DNA of 63,990 nt, the filler included, from Lenisia limosa (taxonomy: Eukaryota; Protista; Breviatea): assembly GCA_001655205.1 (NCBI GenBank). It is 16 parts of 16 records of this genome, joined end to end, with 100 filler letters (N's around TTAATTAATTAA, not from the genome) between each part and the next. Parts side by side here need not be neighbours in the genome. Positions count along the whole stretch, not along the records: positions 62,758 to 63,990 come from LPNZ01003917.1; 15 more parts are not named here. One strand, written 5' to 3'. The notes below the pieces were generated by a model, which saw nothing but the letters and a program-made list of their open reading frames with translations, searched no databases and had not been told where the DNA came from. Every line of letters starts with the position of its first letter. Position 1 is the stretch's first letter. The position numbers were made by a program, and so were the translations under genes. Of the stretch, positions 62,848 through 63,990 are shown one piece after another.

Positions 62848-63853
62848 GCCCTGCACCCAAACCTCCTTGCCAAACTTGCTGGACAGCATGAATTCCCGGC
62901 CTTTGCTGAGCTTTTGATAGCGATACTCAAACGCTCCCCCCCGCAGCGTTTGCAGGGTTTTCTTGATATCTCATTCGCCATTACCCCTGAATCATGGGGG
63001 GTTTATGGGGGTCACATTTCTGGCACTTCCATCCTTTCACTTCCATCATTTTGTGTTCTCATACAGCAGTTCAAAAGTGGATGGTGGAGCCGCTATTGCC
63101 CTCAGTACTTTCCTCAATGGTGGAGCGCTCAATCAACATCTGTATGCTAATCCAATACATATATATCAAATGTAGACATATGTTTTCCTGCCAATTTTGT
63201 AGTTTTGGATTCATCATACGCTTCCGGTGGGGGTGATTACAGAGAATCTGATTCATCTGTTAAAGACTTGCTATATATTTGCTTGGTCTGTGCCTTATTG
63301 GCAAACATTCCAAGAGAGAATCTTGGGCTCTATACTTTTTTTTTTTATGAGGAAATTATTTTCCAATAATACGGCACGATTCAAATTTTGAAATTGGTCA
63401 CTCAATAATTGCATTGAGGCCCAACAGCCTTCCAGATCCCAAGCATAACCTTCCAGATCTCAAGAAATGGAAATCTTGTTGTCCAATTTGTACCTTTACA
63501 TCAATATTCTTAGTCGAAATGTTCTACATTTCACTTACCCCGCAGACTGGACTTTGTTTGTTTTGTTGTTTTTATCCCTTGTGTGTTTCACAAATGCCAT
63601 CAGAGTTGACTGCTTTTTATTTTTTTGGTTTATAGATTTTCAGTTTTACCCCCCCCCCNNNNNNNNNNNNNNNNNNNNNNNNNNNNNNNNNNNNNNNNNN
63701 NNNNNNNNNNNNNNNNNCATGCCCAGACTCGCCAGTGCCCCAGTTGATCAAATCCATGGAGTTCCTGAGCCACGTATGTGCAAGTCTCAACATGTGCCGG
63801 CATTCGGGGCCGTTCTTCAAGATCCTTGCTAGCGAGGAGTGTCTTTTGCCTGC
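62848..63853 (+). CDS. Helical-repeat (HEAT/ARM-like) unknown protein, internal exons
   Basis: ALHPNLLAKLAGQHEFPAFAELLIAILKRSPP, AVQKWMVEPLLPSVLSSMVE, MPQLIKSMEFLSH and ILASEECLLPALV. Confidence 0.45.
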
Positions 63854-63990
63854 TCTTGTGGAGTGGGTGGTGTCATTGTTAACCAACAGAGTTCATTTTG
63901 GGCGTTATTTTTTTAAAAAATATTATTCATAGATTTCTCAATTTTACCTGATGGGATGCTGAGCTGCAGAAGCGACTTGCCTGGGCTTTG

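Overview
This window is eukaryotic, AT-rich and very intron-dense. It is not one contiguous locus: it consists of 16 short gapped scaffolds joined by an artificial N44-TTAATTAATTAA-N44 spacer (15 occurrences), so neighbourhood across a spacer is meaningless. Splicing exons by eye recovers mostly partial genes: a MACPF/perforin-like protein, a class I cyclic-nucleotide phosphodiesterase, a NEK kinase, NOP9, a bacterial-type ALDH with a mitochondrial-like presequence, a GPI-anchored surface protein, an SLC25 carrier, a GST, ARL13B, a Zn(II)2Cys6 factor, a large multi-EGF protein, VPS13B, a GATA factor and BUB3. This gene set suggests a flagellated, mitochondrion-bearing protist (inference). The most unusual signal is in the introns. 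(1) Two families of 60-140 nt cassettes (B and C) occur on the host gene's sense strand in every case where I could assign the gene, and they form the 3' ends of introns in unrelated genes. (2) Long introns typically open with a G-run and close with a C-run. (3) Acceptor plus exon-start sequences are locally duplicated. (4) A dense non-autonomous hAT-type MITE family (8-bp TSDs seen) and a second MITE with the same termini are present. No rRNA, tRNA or CRISPR features could be supported. Exon boundaries are manual, and coordinates may be off by a few bases.
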